Shown here in pieces: positions 8,150-18,279 of a DNA stretch of 64,000 bases (its first letter is position 1; each line of letters opens with the position of its first letter). Below the pieces are notes generated by a model, which had not been told where the DNA came from, made no database searches, and worked only from the letters and a program-made list of their open reading frames with translations. The translations under genes and the position numbers were made by a program. The stretch comes from an uncultured Gemmatimonadales bacterium (GTDB lineage: Bacteria; Gemmatimonadota; Gemmatimonadetes; Longimicrobiales; RSA9). The stretch covers positions 32,001 to 96,000 of the forward strand of contig OY970192.1 of the NCBI GenBank assembly GCA_963708135.1, given 5' to 3'.

Positions 8150-9796
8150 ATGGCCGATCCCGGCGAGGCGACGAGCCCCCGCCCGATGCCCGACCTGCCG
8201 CGCGCCTACAACGCGGCCACGCACTTCATCGACCGGCACCTCGCCGAGGGTCGCGGCGCGAAGGCGGCGTGCCGGGATGAGCGCGGCACGACCACGTACG
8301 CCGCCCTCGCGGAGCGGGTGGGCCGCGCCGGCAACGCGCTGCTCGACCTCGGCCTCGACATGGAGCAGCGGGTGATGCTCTGCCTGCAGGATACGGCGGA
8401 CTTCCCGGCCCTCTTCTGGGGCGCGGTCAAGGCCGGTGCCGTGGCGGTCCCCGTGAACACGCTGCTCACGGCCGCGGACTACGCCTTCATGCTGCGCGAC
8501 AGCCGCGCCCGCGTGCTGGTCGCGAGCGACTCGCTCCTGCCGAAGCTCGCCCCTGCCCTCGCCGACCAGCCGTTCCTCGAGCACGTGGTCGTCTCCGGCA
8601 CGCTCCCGGAAGGCGACGTCGCCGGCCGCACGCCGCTCGCGCTCGAATCCCTGCTCGGCGCCGCGAGCCCCGCGCTCGCGCCGGCGGCGACGACCCGCGA
8701 CGACGTCGCCTTCTGGCTGTACTCCTCCGGCTCGACCGGCGCGCCCAAGGGCGCCATCCACCTGCACAGCCACCTGGTGGCCACGGCCGTGCTGTACGCC
8801 GAGAACGTGCTGGGCATGCGCGAGGACGACGTCGTCTTCTCCGCCGCCAAGCTCTTCTTTGCCTACGGGCTCGGCAACGCCATGACCTTCCCGCTGCACG
8901 TGGGCGCGACCGCGGCGCTCCTGCGCGGCCGCCCCACGCCGGCGGCCTGCATGGAGATGCTGCGCACGCACCGGCCCACGATCTTCTGCGGCGTGCCCAC
9001 GCTCTTCGCCTCGATGCTCGCCGACGAGGCGAACGACCGCGCCCACGCGTCCGACCGGCTGCGCGTCTGCACCTCCGCCGGCGAGGCGCTGCCGAGGGAC
9101 ATCGGCGAGCGGTGGGAGGCGCGCTTCGGCGCCCCGATCCTCGACGGCCTCGGCTCGACGGAGATGCTCCACATCTTCCTCTCGAACCGGCCCGGCGACA
9201 TCGCCTACGGCACCACCGGCCGGCCGGTGCCCGGCTTCGCCCTGCGGCTGATGGACGACGACGGCGTCCCCGTCCCCGACGGTGACATCGGCGAGCTGTG
9301 GGTGAGCGGGCCGTCCGCCGCCGCCGGCTACTGGAACAACCGCGAGAAGACGCTGGCCACCTTCCACGGCCCCTGGATCCGCACCGGCGACCGCTACACC
9401 CGCGACGCGGACGGACGCTACACCTACGCCGGCCGCTCGGACGACATGCTCAAGGCCGGCGGCATCTGGGTCTCGCCCGTCGAGGTCGAGAACACGCTGA
9501 TCGAGCACGAGGCCGTGCTCGAGGCCGCCGTCGTCGGCCGTGAGGATGATGAGGGGCTGACGAAGCCGATGGCGTTCGTCGTGCTGCGCCAGGGCTTCGA
9601 GGCCTCCGCCGACCTCGCCGCGGCGCTCCAGGCGTTCGTCAAGCGCCGGCTCGCCCCGTACAAGTACCCGCGCTGGGTCGAGTTCATCGACGCGCTGCCC
9701 AAGACCGCCACGGGCAAGATCCGGCGGTTCCAGCTGCGGGAGCGGCTGAGAGGCGGTAGAGGGCAGACGAATCCAGATCCGAATCCGGGCACGTAG
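8150..9796 (+). CDS. Benzoate-CoA ligase family protein
   Basis: YSSGSTGAPKG, AKLFFAYGLGN, SAGEALP, DGLGSTEMLHIF, PKTATGKIRRF. Confidence 0.93.
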   Translation: MADPGEATSPRPMPDLPRAYNAATHFIDRHLAEGRGAKAACRDERGTTTYAALAERVGRAGNALLDLGLDMEQRVMLCLQDTADFPALFWGAVKAGAVAVPVNTLLTAADYAFMLRDSRARVLVASDSLLPKLAPALADQPFLEHVVVSGTLPEGDVAGRTPLALESLLGAASPALAPAATTRDDVAFWLYSSGSTGAPKGAIHLHSHLVATAVLYAENVLGMREDDVVFSAAKLFFAYGLGNAMTFPLHVGATAALLRGRPTPAACMEMLRTHRPTIFCGVPTLFASMLADEANDRAHASDRLRVCTSAGEALPRDIGERWEARFGAPILDGLGSTEMLHIFLSNRPGDIAYGTTGRPVPGFALRLMDDDGVPVPDGDIGELWVSGPSAAAGYWNNREKTLATFHGPWIRTGDRYTRDADGRYTYAGRSDDMLKAGGIWVSPVEVENTLIEHEAVLEAAVVGREDDEGLTKPMAFVVLRQGFEASADLAAALQAFVKRRLAPYKYPRWVEFIDALPKTATGKIRRFQLRERLRGGRGQTNPDPNPGT

Positions 9797-9899
9797 CGCC
9801 GGAATCCGGCTCCGGCCGTTCGTGGCAGCACCGCCGGACCCGGATCCGGGTTCCGCGCCTGCGGCGCCGGACCCGGATTGGTCGAACCACGGGAGCGGC

Positions 9900-10676
9900 A
9901 TGGCGTTCCTCGAAATCGACGGCGTCCGCCTCGAGGCGGCGTGGCACGGCCCGCCGCCGGACGCGGCGCCCACGCTCGTGTTCCTGCACGAGGGACTGGG
10001 CTCCGTCTCGCTGTGGCGGGATTTCCCCGCGCGCCTCGCCGAGGCCACCGGCTGTGGCGCGCTGGTTTACAGCCGCCGGGGCTACGGCCGCTCCGATCCG
10101 GTCGAGCTGCCGCGGCCCGTCGACTTCATGCACCGCGAGGCGACGGTGCTCGGCCGCGTGCTCGACGTGGCGGCGGTCGCGGAGGCGATCCTCGTCGGGC
10201 ACAGCGACGGCGCCTCGATCGCGCTCATCCATGCCGGCCGCGACGGCGGCGCGCGCGTGCGCGCGCTCGCCCTCGAGGCGCCGCACGTGTTCGTGGAGGA
10301 CGTGACCGTGCGGAGCATCGCGGACATCGGCGAGGTGTTCCGGACCACGGAGCTGCCGGAGAAGCTGGAGCGCCACCACGGCGCGAACGTCGAGGGCGCG
10401 TTCCGCGGCTGGACCGAGGTGTGGCTCGACCCGGCGTTCCGGGGCTGGAACATCGAGGAGTACCTGCCGGGTGTGCGCGTGCCGGTGCTGGTGGTGCAGG
10501 GCCTGGACGACGAGTACGGCACCGCGGCACAGGTGCAGGCCGTTGCGCGCGGCGTGGCCGGGCCGGTCGAGACGGTCTTTCTCGAGCGCTGCGGGCACTC
10601 ACCGCACCGGGACCGGCCGGAGGCGGTGCTGGAGGCGATGAACGCTTTTGTCAGCGCACTCGGCCGTGCTCGGTAG
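9900..10676 (+). CDS. Alpha/beta fold hydrolase
   Basis: LHEGLGS, GHSDG nucleophile elbow, DDEYG, CGHSPH. Confidence 0.92.
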   Translation: MAFLEIDGVRLEAAWHGPPPDAAPTLVFLHEGLGSVSLWRDFPARLAEATGCGALVYSRRGYGRSDPVELPRPVDFMHREATVLGRVLDVAAVAEAILVGHSDGASIALIHAGRDGGARVRALALEAPHVFVEDVTVRSIADIGEVFRTTELPEKLERHHGANVEGAFRGWTEVWLDPAFRGWNIEEYLPGVRVPVLVVQGLDDEYGTAAQVQAVARGVAGPVETVFLERCGHSPHRDRPEAVLEAMNAFVSALGRAR

Positions 10677-10804
10677 GTGGCTGGACTGGAGATCCGGGAT
10701 TTGGGATTCGGGGCTCGGGCTCGGGCTCGGGCTCGGCGCCGGGGGGACTGCCGAAAGGGAATGCGAAAGCGAATGCAGGAGCGGGAAAGGCGCGGGAGGG
10801 CGCG

Positions 10805-11434
10805 GTGAGACCGGAGCGGCTCGTCGCATTCAGTGATGGCGTGCTGGCCATTCTCATCACCATTACGGTGCTCGAGCTGCGGCAGCCGGCGGGGGCGGCG
10901 CTCGTGGACCTGCGGCCGGTGGTGCCGGTGTTCCTCTCTTACGTGCTGAGCTTCGTTTACCTGGGGATCTACTGGAACAACCACCACCACATGCTGCAGG
11001 TGACGGAGCGTGTGAGCGGCGGTGTGCTGTGGGCCAACCTGCACCTGCTGTTCTGGCTCTCGCTGGTGCCGTTCGTGACCGGGTGGATGGGGGAGAACCA
11101 CGCGGCGGCGGCGCCGATGGCGGTGTACGGCGTGGTGCTGCTCATGGCGGCGGTCGCCTACTTCATCCTGCAGCAGACCATCATCGCCGTGCAGGGGCCG
11201 GACTCGCTGCTGCGGCGGGCGCTCGGGCCGGACCTGAAAGGCAAGATTTCGCCGGTGCTGTACGTGCTGGCGATCGGCGCGGCGTTCCTGCGGCCGTGGC
11301 TCGCGGCGACGATCTACGTGGTCGTGGCCCTGATGTGGCTGGTGCCGGACCGGCGGATCGAGCGGGCGATCGAGGGTGAGCCCGTCGCAGATGAGGATCG
11401 GAGCAGGAGCATCCCCCGGGCTACTTCCGGATGA
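10805..11434 (+). CDS. TMEM175 family potassium channel
   Basis: RLVAFSDGVLAILIT signature; YWNNHHH; multiple TM helices. Confidence 0.92.
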   Translation: MRPERLVAFSDGVLAILITITVLELRQPAGAALVDLRPVVPVFLSYVLSFVYLGIYWNNHHHMLQVTERVSGGVLWANLHLLFWLSLVPFVTGWMGENHAAAAPMAVYGVVLLMAAVAYFILQQTIIAVQGPDSLLRRALGPDLKGKISPVLYVLAIGAAFLRPWLAATIYVVVALMWLVPDRRIERAIEGEPVADEDRSRSIPRATSG

Positions 11435-12320
11435 AGGTGCCGTCCTGCAGCTCGGCCCAGGCCTGGCGCAGCTCGTCCTCGGTGTTCATGACGATCGGGC
11501 CGTACCAGGCGACGGGCTCGCGGATCGGCCGACCCGAGACCAGCAGGAATCGGATCCCTTCCTCGCCCGCCTGCACGGTGACCTCGTCGCCCGGGTCAAA
11601 GAGCACGAGCGAGCGGTTGCCGACGGACTCGCGGACGGGGACGTCGCTGTCCTCGCGCTCCGTGAGTACGCCGAACGGCTCGGACGCGTCCCGGAAGACG
11701 CCGCTCCCCTCGAAGACGTAGGCGAAGCCGTGGCGGTCCATCTCGACGGGCAGCGTCCTGCGCCGACCGGGCGGGACGGACACATCCAGGTAGCGCGGGT
11801 CGGCCGCGATGCCGTCCACGGGGCCGGTCTTCCCCCAGAAGGTGCCGCAGACGACACGCACCACGGTGCCATCGTCGTCGATGATCTCGGGGATCGCGGG
11901 CGCCTCGATGTCCTGGTAGCGCGGCTCGGTCATCTTGAGGGATCTCGGCAGGTTGGCCCAGAGCTGGAAGCCGTGCATGCGGCCGCGCGGGTCGCCCTGC
12001 GGCATCTCCTGGTGCAGGATGCCGCGCCCGGCGGTCATCCACTGCACGTCGCCGGCGCCCAGCTTGCCGGTGTTGCCGAGGCTGTCGCCGTGCTCGACGG
12101 AGCCGGCCAGCACGTAAGTGATCGTCTCGATGCCGCGGTGCGGGTGCCACGGGAAGCCGGCGCGGTAGTCCTCGGGCCGCTCGTTGCGGAAGTCGTCGAG
12201 CAGCAGGAACGGGTCGAACTCCGCCGTGTCGCCGAAGCCGAAGGCACGGCGCAGGTGGACGCCCGCGCCCTCGAGTGTCGGGCGGGCCTGGACGATGCGT
12301 TTGACGGGTCGGATCGACAT
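11421..12320 (-). CDS. Pirin family protein
   Basis: DPFLLLDDF, WHPHRGIETITY, QWMTAGRGILHQE, YGPIVMN. Confidence 0.95.
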   Translation of the reverse strand: MSIRPVKRIVQARPTLEGAGVHLRRAFGFGDTAEFDPFLLLDDFRNERPEDYRAGFPWHPHRGIETITYVLAGSVEHGDSLGNTGKLGAGDVQWMTAGRGILHQEMPQGDPRGRMHGFQLWANLPRSLKMTEPRYQDIEAPAIPEIIDDDGTVVRVVCGTFWGKTGPVDGIAADPRYLDVSVPPGRRRTLPVEMDRHGFAYVFEGSGVFRDASEPFGVLTEREDSDVPVRESVGNRSLVLFDPGDEVTVQAGEEGIRFLLVSGRPIREPVAWYGPIVMNTEDELRQAWAELQDGTFIRK

Positions 12321-12480
12321 GGTTCCTCATCGCTCTTCCGGGGGGTCGCGTTCTCAATACCTCTGTACACTTCGGGGTTCCGATCGGCAGGTTGGAACGA
12401 ACCGGCTGCCTCCGGGCACGCACGGGCGTACTCCTCCCGAGCGGACGGGTCATGTCGACCGGGACGGAATGGAGGCTCCG

Positions 12481-13053
12481 ATGAGCTGGATTGCATTCCT
12501 CCGCGGCATCAACGTGGGCGGGCACGTCGTGAAGATGGACGCGCTGCGGGAGCTTTTTTCCGGGATGGGCTTCGCGGACCTCGCCACCTTCATCGCCAGC
12601 GGCAACGTGATCTTCGACGCCGGCAGGGACGCGGAGGCGGCCGCGCTCGAGGCCCGGATCGAGCGCGAGCTCGAGGCGGCGCTCGGCTACGCGGTGGCGA
12701 CCTTCGTCCGCTCGCCCCACGAGCTCGCGGCGGTGGCGGCGCGGGCGGGCGGGCACGGAGAAGCGGCGGCCGCGCTGTTCCAGCCGGAGCGGCTCGCCGC
12801 CGAGGGCACGCGCGTCCACATCGGGTTCCTCAAGGCGCCGCCGTCGGTGGCCGCCGCGGAGGTGCTGGACGCCAGCCGCACGCCGGACGACGACTTCGCG
12901 GTCCATGGCCGCGAAGTCTACTGGCTGCGCCGCGGCCGGATGAGCGACTCGGCCTTCACCACGGCGGCCTTCGAGCGTGCGCTCGGCGCGCCATCGACGT
13001 GGCGCAACGCGAACACCGTCCGCCGCATGGCGGCGAAGCACGGGCCGGCGTGA
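12481..13053 (+). CDS. DUF1697 family protein
   Basis: AFLRGINVGG, TFIASGNVIF, TWRNANT. Confidence 0.9.
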   Translation: MSWIAFLRGINVGGHVVKMDALRELFSGMGFADLATFIASGNVIFDAGRDAEAAALEARIERELEAALGYAVATFVRSPHELAAVAARAGGHGEAAAALFQPERLAAEGTRVHIGFLKAPPSVAAAEVLDASRTPDDDFAVHGREVYWLRRGRMSDSAFTTAAFERALGAPSTWRNANTVRRMAAKHGPA

Positions 13054-13075
13054 GGGCCCGGGAATGGAGCGGGCG

Positions 13076-13389
13076 ATGGCGGTCGTGATCGAGACGGAGC
13101 GGCTCCGGCTGCGGCCCTTCCGCGAGGAGGACCTGGACGCGTACGCGGCGTTGTGCGCGGACCCCGAGGTCATGCGCTTCCTGGGCGGGCCGCTCACCCG
13201 CGAGGGGGCGTGGCGCCAGATGGCCTTCTTCCTGGGCCACTGGCAGCTGCGCGGCTTCGGCATCCTGGCCGCGGAGGAGCGCGCGGGCGGGGCGCTCGCG
13301 TGGCCGAGCGGCTGGGCGAAGCGCCGGAGGGCCGGGCGGTGGTGCAGGGGCACGAGGTGATCGTCTACGGGATCCGGAGGCCATCATGA
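13076..13389 (+). pseudogene. RimJ/RimL-type GNAT acetyltransferase with internal deletion and frameshift
   Basis: The N-half IETERLRLRPF..GHWQLRGFG..EERAGGAL joins, in another frame near 13297, the C-terminal RVAERLG..VYGIRR. The central acetyl-CoA-binding segment is missing. Confidence 0.8.
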
Positions 13390-14453
13390 TGCGGTCCGGG
13401 GGAGCGGGGGTGGCCAGCGTGGCCGCCGGCGCCGCGGCGCTTCTCGCGGCGGCACTTCTCGGCTGCGGCGGATCGGGCGCGGCGGACCGGCAGGCGGGCG
13501 GGGGAGCGGCGGGCGCCGGCCCGTCCGCGGGCGTCGCGGCCCTGGCCGGCTGCTTCGCGGGCACGGGGCTGCGCGCGGGCGGAGGCGCGGCGCGCGGCGG
13601 CGTCGAGATGCCGGCCACGCTCGTGCTCGACTCGGTCGTGGAGCCGGGCGGCAGCCGCTTCCACGCCCGCGTCGTGGGCGCGGGCCGGGTGAGCGCCGGT
13701 CTGTGGCACCCGGCCTCGGAGGACAGCATCGCGCTGGCGGTGACCGGCGCGTACCCGCCGGCGCTGTACGCGCTGCGCCGGGACGGCAACCGCCTGTTCG
13801 GCACCGGACAGCTCGCCTCGATGGTGCCCGGCGTCGAGGTAGACACGAGCACGTGGCCGGTGTCTCTCGAGCGGACGGCCTGTGCGCCGGTGCTCCGTCC
13901 GCTCGAGCCGGCCGGCGGCGCGGCCGCGCCCTTCCCGCCGGCGCTCCGCACGGAGCTCGCCGCCATGGGGCAGGCGGATCAGGAGGACCGCAAGGGGATG
14001 ACCGCAGCCACGATGGGCGACAGCGCGGCGCTCGCGCGGCTCGCGCGGGCCGACTCCGCGCGCACGGAGCGGCTCCGGGCCATCATCCGCCAGGTGGGCT
14101 GGCCGACGCCCTCGCGGGCGGGAGAGGCCGCCTCGGAGGCGGCGTTCCTCGTGCTACAGCACAGCCCGGACGCGGGCTTCCAGCGGCGGATGGCGCCCGT
14201 CATCGACTCCCTTGCCCACGTGGGCGAAGCGTCGGGGCAGGACGCGGCGCTGCTGATCGACCGGGTCCTCAAGGGGCAGGGGCTGCCGCAACGCTACGGC
14301 TCGCAGTTCGACATGAAGGAGGGGCGCCTCGTCCCCTATCCCGTCGAGGATTCCGCGGGCCTCGAGGCCCGCCGCGCCGCCGTCGGCCTCATGCCCATGG
14401 CGCAGTATGTCGAGATGCTCCGCGCGATGTACAGGGCTCCCGCCGGTCCGTAA
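13386..14453 (+). CDS. Lipoprotein with C-terminal DUF6624-like domain
   Basis: LLGC lipobox; DQEDR..GWP..AAFLVLQHS..DRVL..QRYGSQF..RRAAVGLMP. Confidence 0.8.
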   Translation: MMRSGGAGVASVAAGAAALLAAALLGCGGSGAADRQAGGGAAGAGPSAGVAALAGCFAGTGLRAGGGAARGGVEMPATLVLDSVVEPGGSRFHARVVGAGRVSAGLWHPASEDSIALAVTGAYPPALYALRRDGNRLFGTGQLASMVPGVEVDTSTWPVSLERTACAPVLRPLEPAGGAAAPFPPALRTELAAMGQADQEDRKGMTAATMGDSAALARLARADSARTERLRAIIRQVGWPTPSRAGEAASEAAFLVLQHSPDAGFQRRMAPVIDSLAHVGEASGQDAALLIDRVLKGQGLPQRYGSQFDMKEGRLVPYPVEDSAGLEARRAAVGLMPMAQYVEMLRAMYRAPAGP

Positions 14454-14543
14454 GAGGCGGGTGGAGGCCGAGCACCGGCTGCTCGCGGAGGTGCTCGGCC
14501 TCCGGCACGCGCGCGCCACTGGTCTCCACCCCAGGGCGGAACT

Positions 14544-15245
14544 CTAGGGCGGAGAGGCTCCACCGCCGGACGCGCAGGCCGCGGCGTCGCGCGCGCGCAG
14601 CTCGGCCCGGTAGATGTGCCAGCGCCGCGCCGCCGGCGGCGCGCCCTCGACCACGACCCGGCGCAGCGTGTAGGTGCCGGTGAAGCACTGCGCCTCTCCC
14701 GCGCTGGTGCGGGCCCGGACGGCGACCGGCACGTCGATGTAGCGCGACCCCGCGGCGCCCTCGATCCGCCCCGGTGTGCCCGGCACGACCCGCGCGGACG
14801 CCGTGCCCGCGAAGCCCTTCCGGAACGCCGGCTCCGTCTGTCCGCTCGCCCGCCCCTCGTCGCCCCAGTACGCGTACGCCCGGGAGTAGTCCCGCGCGGT
14901 GATCGCCGCATAGTAGTCCCGCAGCACCGCGAGCGCCGCGGCCACGCCGCCGCTGTCGGCCGGCGGTACCGGCCCGCCCGCGGCCACGGCGCCGCCGGGC
15001 CTGCCCGTTGCCGATGAGGTGGTGTCCGCCCCCCCGCCCGCCCCTGCGGTTGCCGCCGGGCCGCCTGTTGCCCCCGACCCCGCGGTCGCCCGTTGGCCTG
15101 CCCTTGCCGCTGCCCCCGCGCTCGCGCTTGCCCTTGCGCTTGCGGCCGTGTCCGTCGCGCTCCGCCCGCCGCCGCTCCCGCCACAGCCCGACACCGCCAG
15201 CAGCACCGCCACGGTGCGCAGCCCGACCCGCCCCGGCTTCGCCAT
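14544..15245 (-). CDS. Hypothetical lipoprotein
   Basis: AVSGC lipobox; Ala-rich linker; YYAAI..AYAYW..IEGAAGSRY..GTYTLRR..WHI. Confidence 0.75.
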   Translation of the reverse strand: MAKPGRVGLRTVAVLLAVSGCGGSGGGRSATDTAASARASASAGAAARAGQRATAGSGATGGPAATAGAGGGADTTSSATGRPGGAVAAGGPVPPADSGGVAAALAVLRDYYAAITARDYSRAYAYWGDEGRASGQTEPAFRKGFAGTASARVVPGTPGRIEGAAGSRYIDVPVAVRARTSAGEAQCFTGTYTLRRVVVEGAPPAARRWHIYRAELRARDAAACASGGGASPP

Positions 15246-15247
15246 CC

Positions 15248-16849
15248 TCACCCCTTCGGCACGTGAGCGCCGCACTCCCGAAGCGCTCGCCGCGGCGCCG
15301 GGTGGTAGGGCATGAGCGACGCGGCGGCGCGCGCGTACGGGAGCCGGCGGTGGCACGAGCCGCGCTTCATCATGAGCAGGTCGAGCCGGTAGTTGCCCGG
15401 GTCGAAGCGGAGCGCCAGGTCGACGGTCGCACGGGAAGTGGAGTCGCGCGTGAGGACGATGGCCGTGAGTTGGCCGGCGCTGTAGAGCGTCGTGCCGAGG
15501 ACGAGCAGGACGAGGGCGGCCGAGATGAGGACGCGCCGTCCGGCGGCGAGCGGGCGGGACAGGATCGGGTCGCTGCGAGGCCGGAGCGCGCCCGTGGCCA
15601 CGGCCACGAAGTAGAGCGGCGCGGGGAGCAGCAGCACGGCGTCGAAGGCGCCGGCCACGACGGCGGCGGAGAGCACGCCGAGGAGCGCGATGCCGTCCAG
15701 CGCCTCGTCGGGGTCGGGGCCGCGGACGCGGAAGAGCGCGCCGATGGCGGTGGTGAACCCGGCCAGCAGGAGCAGCAGCGTGCCGATTGGCCCGCGCTCG
15801 ACGAGGAAGGTGACCCAGTCGCTGCTCGGCCACGGGTTGGTCGGGATCGGGTCGTCGGGGTCGAACGCCGGGTCGCCGGGCGTGGTCACGCGCGGATACT
15901 GCACGAACCAGTTGCCGGGGCCCACGCCGAAGATCGGCCGCTTCGCGAGCAGGCGCGCCGAGTTGCTGTACTGGATCAGACGGCCGCGCCCCGAGCCGCC
16001 GCTGTAGTCGGCGAGCCGGCTGAAGGTCTCCGCGTAGGGGCTCGAGGAGCGCCAGTCGAGCTGGTTCGGCAGCACGACGGCGAGCCCGGCGCCGATGGCG
16101 ACGGCGAGGAGCGCGCCCCGCAGCGACCGCGCCCGGCCCCGCAGCGCGCCACGGCCGACGAGGGAGGCGGCGAGCACGACCGCCAGCGCCACCGCCAGCG
16201 CAAGCCACGCGGCGCGGGAGCGCGTGAGCACGATCGCCGCCGCGTCGATGACGAGCGCGAGGAACGTCGCCCACCGACCGAGCGCGGTGCCCGCGCGGAG
16301 CCGCACGAGCAGCAGCAGCGGCAGCGAGATGGCCGTCAGGTGCGCGAGGAAGTTGCGGTTGCCGAACGTCGCCCCCGGCGGTCGCGTCTGCGCGAGGAAC
16401 CACCAGTCCGCGCCGTACGCCTGCGCCACGCCGAGCGCGGCGCCGGCAGCGCCCGCGGCCGCCAGTGCGCCCGCCAGGAAGCGCCCCTGGGCGGGCGCGG
16501 TGCTGCGGGCCGCGAGGAAGACGATGTAGCCGCACAGGCCGAGTCCGAAGCCGGACAGCGCGAGCCAGTGGTTGCGGGCGAGGACGGCGGAGATGCCGCT
16601 CCAGGCGAGGAACGCCGCGAGCAGCACGTCCACCACGTCGCCTTCGATGCGGCGCCAGCCGGGCAGCAGCGCGAGCAGAGAGACGAGCGCCACGACCTCG
16701 AGCGCCAGCGCCTTCGGCACCTGGTGCCGGTCGAGGTCGAAGAGCGGCGAGCGGACGGCGGCCAGCACCACGGCGAGCGCGCCGACGGCGAGCAGGATCG
16801 CCAGCCCGAGCGCGGCGGTGCGGGACGGAGGTGGTCGGACATCGGACAT
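15248..16849 (-). CDS. O-antigen ligase family membrane protein
   Basis: ATFGNRNFLA, LTRSRAAWLA, PIFGVGPGNW, LVERGPIG; many TM helices. Confidence 0.85.
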   Translation of the reverse strand: MSDVRPPPSRTAALGLAILLAVGALAVVLAAVRSPLFDLDRHQVPKALALEVVALVSLLALLPGWRRIEGDVVDVLLAAFLAWSGISAVLARNHWLALSGFGLGLCGYIVFLAARSTAPAQGRFLAGALAAAGAAGAALGVAQAYGADWWFLAQTRPPGATFGNRNFLAHLTAISLPLLLLVRLRAGTALGRWATFLALVIDAAAIVLTRSRAAWLALAVALAVVLAASLVGRGALRGRARSLRGALLAVAIGAGLAVVLPNQLDWRSSSPYAETFSRLADYSGGSGRGRLIQYSNSARLLAKRPIFGVGPGNWFVQYPRVTTPGDPAFDPDDPIPTNPWPSSDWVTFLVERGPIGTLLLLLAGFTTAIGALFRVRGPDPDEALDGIALLGVLSAAVVAGAFDAVLLLPAPLYFVAVATGALRPRSDPILSRPLAAGRRVLISAALVLLVLGTTLYSAGQLTAIVLTRDSTSRATVDLALRFDPGNYRLDLLMMKRGSCHRRLPYARAAASLMPYHPAPRRALRECGAHVPKG

Positions 16850-17045
16850 CGCGGGGCGAAGATGGCCGCCGGGCCGTGAGCGGGCAAGTCGCCGCGCATG
16901 CTGCCGCGGCGGGTCGGGCGCGCCCGCGGCGCGAGGCGGAACCCCATCTCCCGGGTGGCGCGGAAGCGCGCGGCACGCCACTATGCCGCCGGAGCGGACG
17001 CGCGTTGCGCGCGCGGTGCGGTGGACAGCCGAAAGGAGGCACCCG

Positions 17046-17570
17046 ATGCGGCCAGGTGAGAAGCGTCCCGGGGCGGACGAGTACGCGCCCTTCTACGCGG
17101 GCTACGTCGCGCGGGTGCCGGAGGGCGACATCGTCGCCGTGCTGGGCGCGCAGCTCGGCGTGACGCGCGTCCTCCTGGAGCACGTCCCCGAGGAGCGCGC
17201 CCTGTACGCCTACGCGCCGGGCAAGTGGACCGTCAAGCAGGTGGTCGGCCACCTGTCGGACACGGAGCGGATGCTGTCGGCACGTGCGCTCCGCTTCGCG
17301 CGCGGCGACAGCACCCCGGTGCCCGGCTTCGACGAGAACGCCTATGCGGACGAGGCCGGCTCGAACGAGCGCAGCCTGGCCTCGCTGCTCGACGACCTCG
17401 AGGCCACCCGCCAGGCGACGGTCGCCTTGCTCGCCGGCCTGCCCGACCACGCCTGGATCCGGCGCGGCGTGGCGAACGGCAAGGAGGTCTCCGTCCGCGC
17501 CCTGGCCTGCATCATCGCCGGCCACGAGCTCCACCACCGCGAGATCCTGAAGACGCGCTATCTGGCGTAG
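17046..17570 (+). CDS. DinB family protein
   Basis: YAPGKWTVKQVVGHLSDTER, GFDENAY, IAGHELHH; AGGAGG SD. Confidence 0.92.
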   Translation: MRPGEKRPGADEYAPFYAGYVARVPEGDIVAVLGAQLGVTRVLLEHVPEERALYAYAPGKWTVKQVVGHLSDTERMLSARALRFARGDSTPVPGFDENAYADEAGSNERSLASLLDDLEATRQATVALLAGLPDHAWIRRGVANGKEVSVRALACIIAGHELHHREILKTRYLA

Positions 17571-17583
17571 CGGGCACGGGCAC

Positions 17584-18279
17584 ATGTACGGGAAGGGCGA
17601 TCCGGATGGGCGCGGCCGCGAGTACGGCCACGGGCACGCTGCCGGGCACGGGCAGGGGCAAAGAGGCCCCGACCAGGAGCGCTGGCTACGGCGGGCGCGG
17701 TGGCTGATCGGGGCCACGCTCGCGACGAGCGTCCTGGAGGCCGCGATCGGGCTGTGGGCGGCGATCTCGGCCTCCAGCCTGGCGCTGCTCGCGTTCTCGC
17801 TGGACAGCGGGATCGAGATGGCGGCGGGGATCGTGGTGCTGCGGCGGCTGGGGCAGCGCGGGGGAGGCGGCCGGGAGGCCGCGGCGGAGCGGCGGGCCCG
17901 GCGCTTCGTGGGCGTGACGCTGCTGCTGCTCGCCGCCTATGTGGTGGTCGAGGGCATCGTGCGGCTGGCGGGTGGCCATGGCGCGCGGGAGAGTGTGCCG
18001 GGGATCATCGTGGTGGGCGGCTCGCTCGTGCTCATGCCGCTGCTGGCGTGGGGCAAGCTCGGGGCGGCGCGCGCGCTGGGGAGCGGCGCGGTCCGGGCCG
18101 AGGCGATGGAGACGCTCGCGTGCGCCTACCTCTCGGCGGCGGCGCTGGCCGGCCAGCTCGCCACGGCGCTGGCGGGGTGGTGGTGGGCGGACGCGGTGGC
18201 GGCGCTCGTCATGGCGCCGTGGCTCGTCCGCGAGGGGCTGGAGGCGCTCGAGGGAGATGAAGGCGGGGAGGGGGAGTGA
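17584..18279 (+). CDS. Cation diffusion facilitator-type transporter (short, TMEM163-like)
   Basis: His/Gly N-terminus; SLALLAFSLDSGIE; AEAMETLACAYLS; WWWADAVAAL. Confidence 0.85.
   Translation: MYGKGDPDGRGREYGHGHAAGHGQGQRGPDQERWLRRARWLIGATLATSVLEAAIGLWAAISASSLALLAFSLDSGIEMAAGIVVLRRLGQRGGGGREAAAERRARRFVGVTLLLLAAYVVVEGIVRLAGGHGARESVPGIIVVGGSLVLMPLLAWGKLGAARALGSGAVRAEAMETLACAYLSAAALAGQLATALAGWWWADAVAALVMAPWLVREGLEALEGDEGGEGE

Noticed and set aside
6755..10048. 1097-aa minus-strand ORF, and similar long shadow ORFs such as 38-2044, 14544-17717 and 1849-4131
   Set aside because: Antisense or alternate-frame artefacts of stop-poor GC-rich sequence overlapping well-supported genes; 14544-17717 is real only in its last ~233 codons.
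10695..10790. CRISPR or REP array
   Set aside because: Only short hexamer tandem repeats (GGGCTC); no 25-40-bp repeats with unique spacers here or elsewhere in the window.
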